Source: Vitrella brassicaformis CCMP3155
Taxonomy: Eukaryota; Protista; Chromerida
Direction: 5' to 3'
DNA length: 8,789 nt
NCBI GenBank assembly: GCA_001179505.1
Contig: CDMY01000949.1
Span: 1 to 8,789 of the forward strand
Of this stretch, positions 8,461 to 8,789 are shown in pieces. A model generated the notes under the pieces. It was not told where the DNA came from. It was given only the letters and a program-made list of their open reading frames with translations, and did not search any database. Position 1 is the first letter of the stretch. Each line of letters starts with the position of its first letter. A program made the translations under genes and the position numbers.

Positions 8461-8789
8461 CGAGCGACGCTGTGCGTTCGCGCGCGCGTGTGTGTGTGTG
8501 ACACTGCGTGTGCGTGTGGGTTGCTGACCAGCAGATACCCCTCAGCCCCGTCAGGCAGGCGGATGCACACAATGAACGAGGCATTACAGAAGTCCACCGC
8601 AAAGGCGCTCCTGTCAGTCTTGTTGACGAGACTAATCTTCGCTAGCAACCTGCTGAGTGCATCAGCATCCGCCTGGCAAGGACCACACTCAGAGGTTGAG
8701 AGGTCCTCCATTTCGTCCAGTGGCAGGATGAGTGAGGTGCGGGATGAATTGCCCGTTGCGGTGACCGTGGGCCGGAAGACCACTAAACC
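5894..8789 (-). CDS. Exons 1-10: LRR N-cap and about 20 extracellular plant-type leucine-rich repeats (frameshifted in exon 3)
   Basis: N-cap-like [12 protein letters not shown]...[10 protein letters not shown]. Repeats match LxxLxxLxLxxNxLSGxIPxxL, e.g. [109 protein letters not shown]. Many N-x-S/T sequons. Confidence 0.9.
7605..7680 (-). other. Non-canonical GC-AG intron (76 bp)
   Basis: Donor CAG|GCAAGT at 7680 and acceptor TTGCAG|CTG at 7605. Removal joins LQENQ to LSGSLPASL in exact LRR register. No GT donor fits. Confidence 0.85.
8426..8500. repeat. Compound microsatellite (GA)16 ... (CG)5(TG)6 in intron 8392-8528
   Basis: GA x16 at 8426-8457, CG x5 at 8479-8488, TG x6 at 8489-8500, read directly from the sequence. 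Confidence 0.95.

Larger units (their letters stand above)
917..8789 (-). pseudogene. Multi-exon LRR / Cys-rich repeat / ~9-TM receptor-like gene (CRMP-like architecture), 5'-partial, disrupted by 2 frameshifts and 2 nonsense codons
   Basis: Manually spliced exons (minus strand): 8789-8529, 8391-7681, 7604-7315, 7243-7173, 7109-6933, 6866-6700, 6636-6498, 6434-6305, 6229-6190, 6105-5894, 5826-5751, 5686-5619, 5562-5415, 5305-5177, 5109-4992, 4928-4791, 4722-4623, 4566-4385, 4318-4285, 4223-4188, 4125-4001, 3934-3328, 3273-3253, 3173-3147, 3076-3057, 2995-2777, 2700-2121, 2056-1985, 1930-1882, 1807-1672, 1603-1555, 1477-1354, 1299-1160, 1096-917. There may instead be an intron at 933-872 and a last exon 871-777. 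Donor and acceptor phases match at every junction and motifs continue across them. Lesions: frameshifts near 7533 and 7465, TGA at 3813-3811, TAG at 3408-3406. Junctions between 1882 and 1477 are the least certain. Confidence 0.8.

Noticed and set aside
1-8789. Mobile element, CRISPR array, tRNA/rRNA or kinase domain
   Set aside because: I saw no terminal repeats, transposase or RT motifs, repeat-spacer arrays, structural RNA signatures or kinase motifs. Nearly all bases are explained by exons and short introns.

Overview
Intron-dense eukaryotic genomic DNA. Almost the whole window (917-8789, minus strand) is one gene of about 34 exons, which I spliced by hand from GT/GC-AG sites and reading-frame phase. 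Introns are 54-137 bp, mostly 54-85 bp. The reconstructed product is about 1,860 codons with its start upstream of the window. Its architecture is: LRR N-cap, about 20 plant-type leucine-rich repeats, Cys-rich GCC2/GCC3 (TNFR/ephrin-receptor-like) repeats, a CxxxYxGxxCxxC module, about 9 transmembrane helices with an RFGFFYQGY...W...RR...PF...N..E motif, and a long cytoplasmic tail with no kinase. This resembles alveolate cysteine-repeat modular protein (CRMP)-type multipass receptors, but with an LRR ectodomain. This copy is disabled by two frameshifts in exon 3 and two in-frame stops at Trp-like positions in exon 22, while the splice architecture is intact. It is therefore a young pseudogene, or possibly a conditionally rescued gene or assembly error. 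The 3' end of a convergent plus-strand membrane-protein gene lies at 2-355. Intron size and style suggest a chromerid/alveolate such as Vitrella, but that is inference only.
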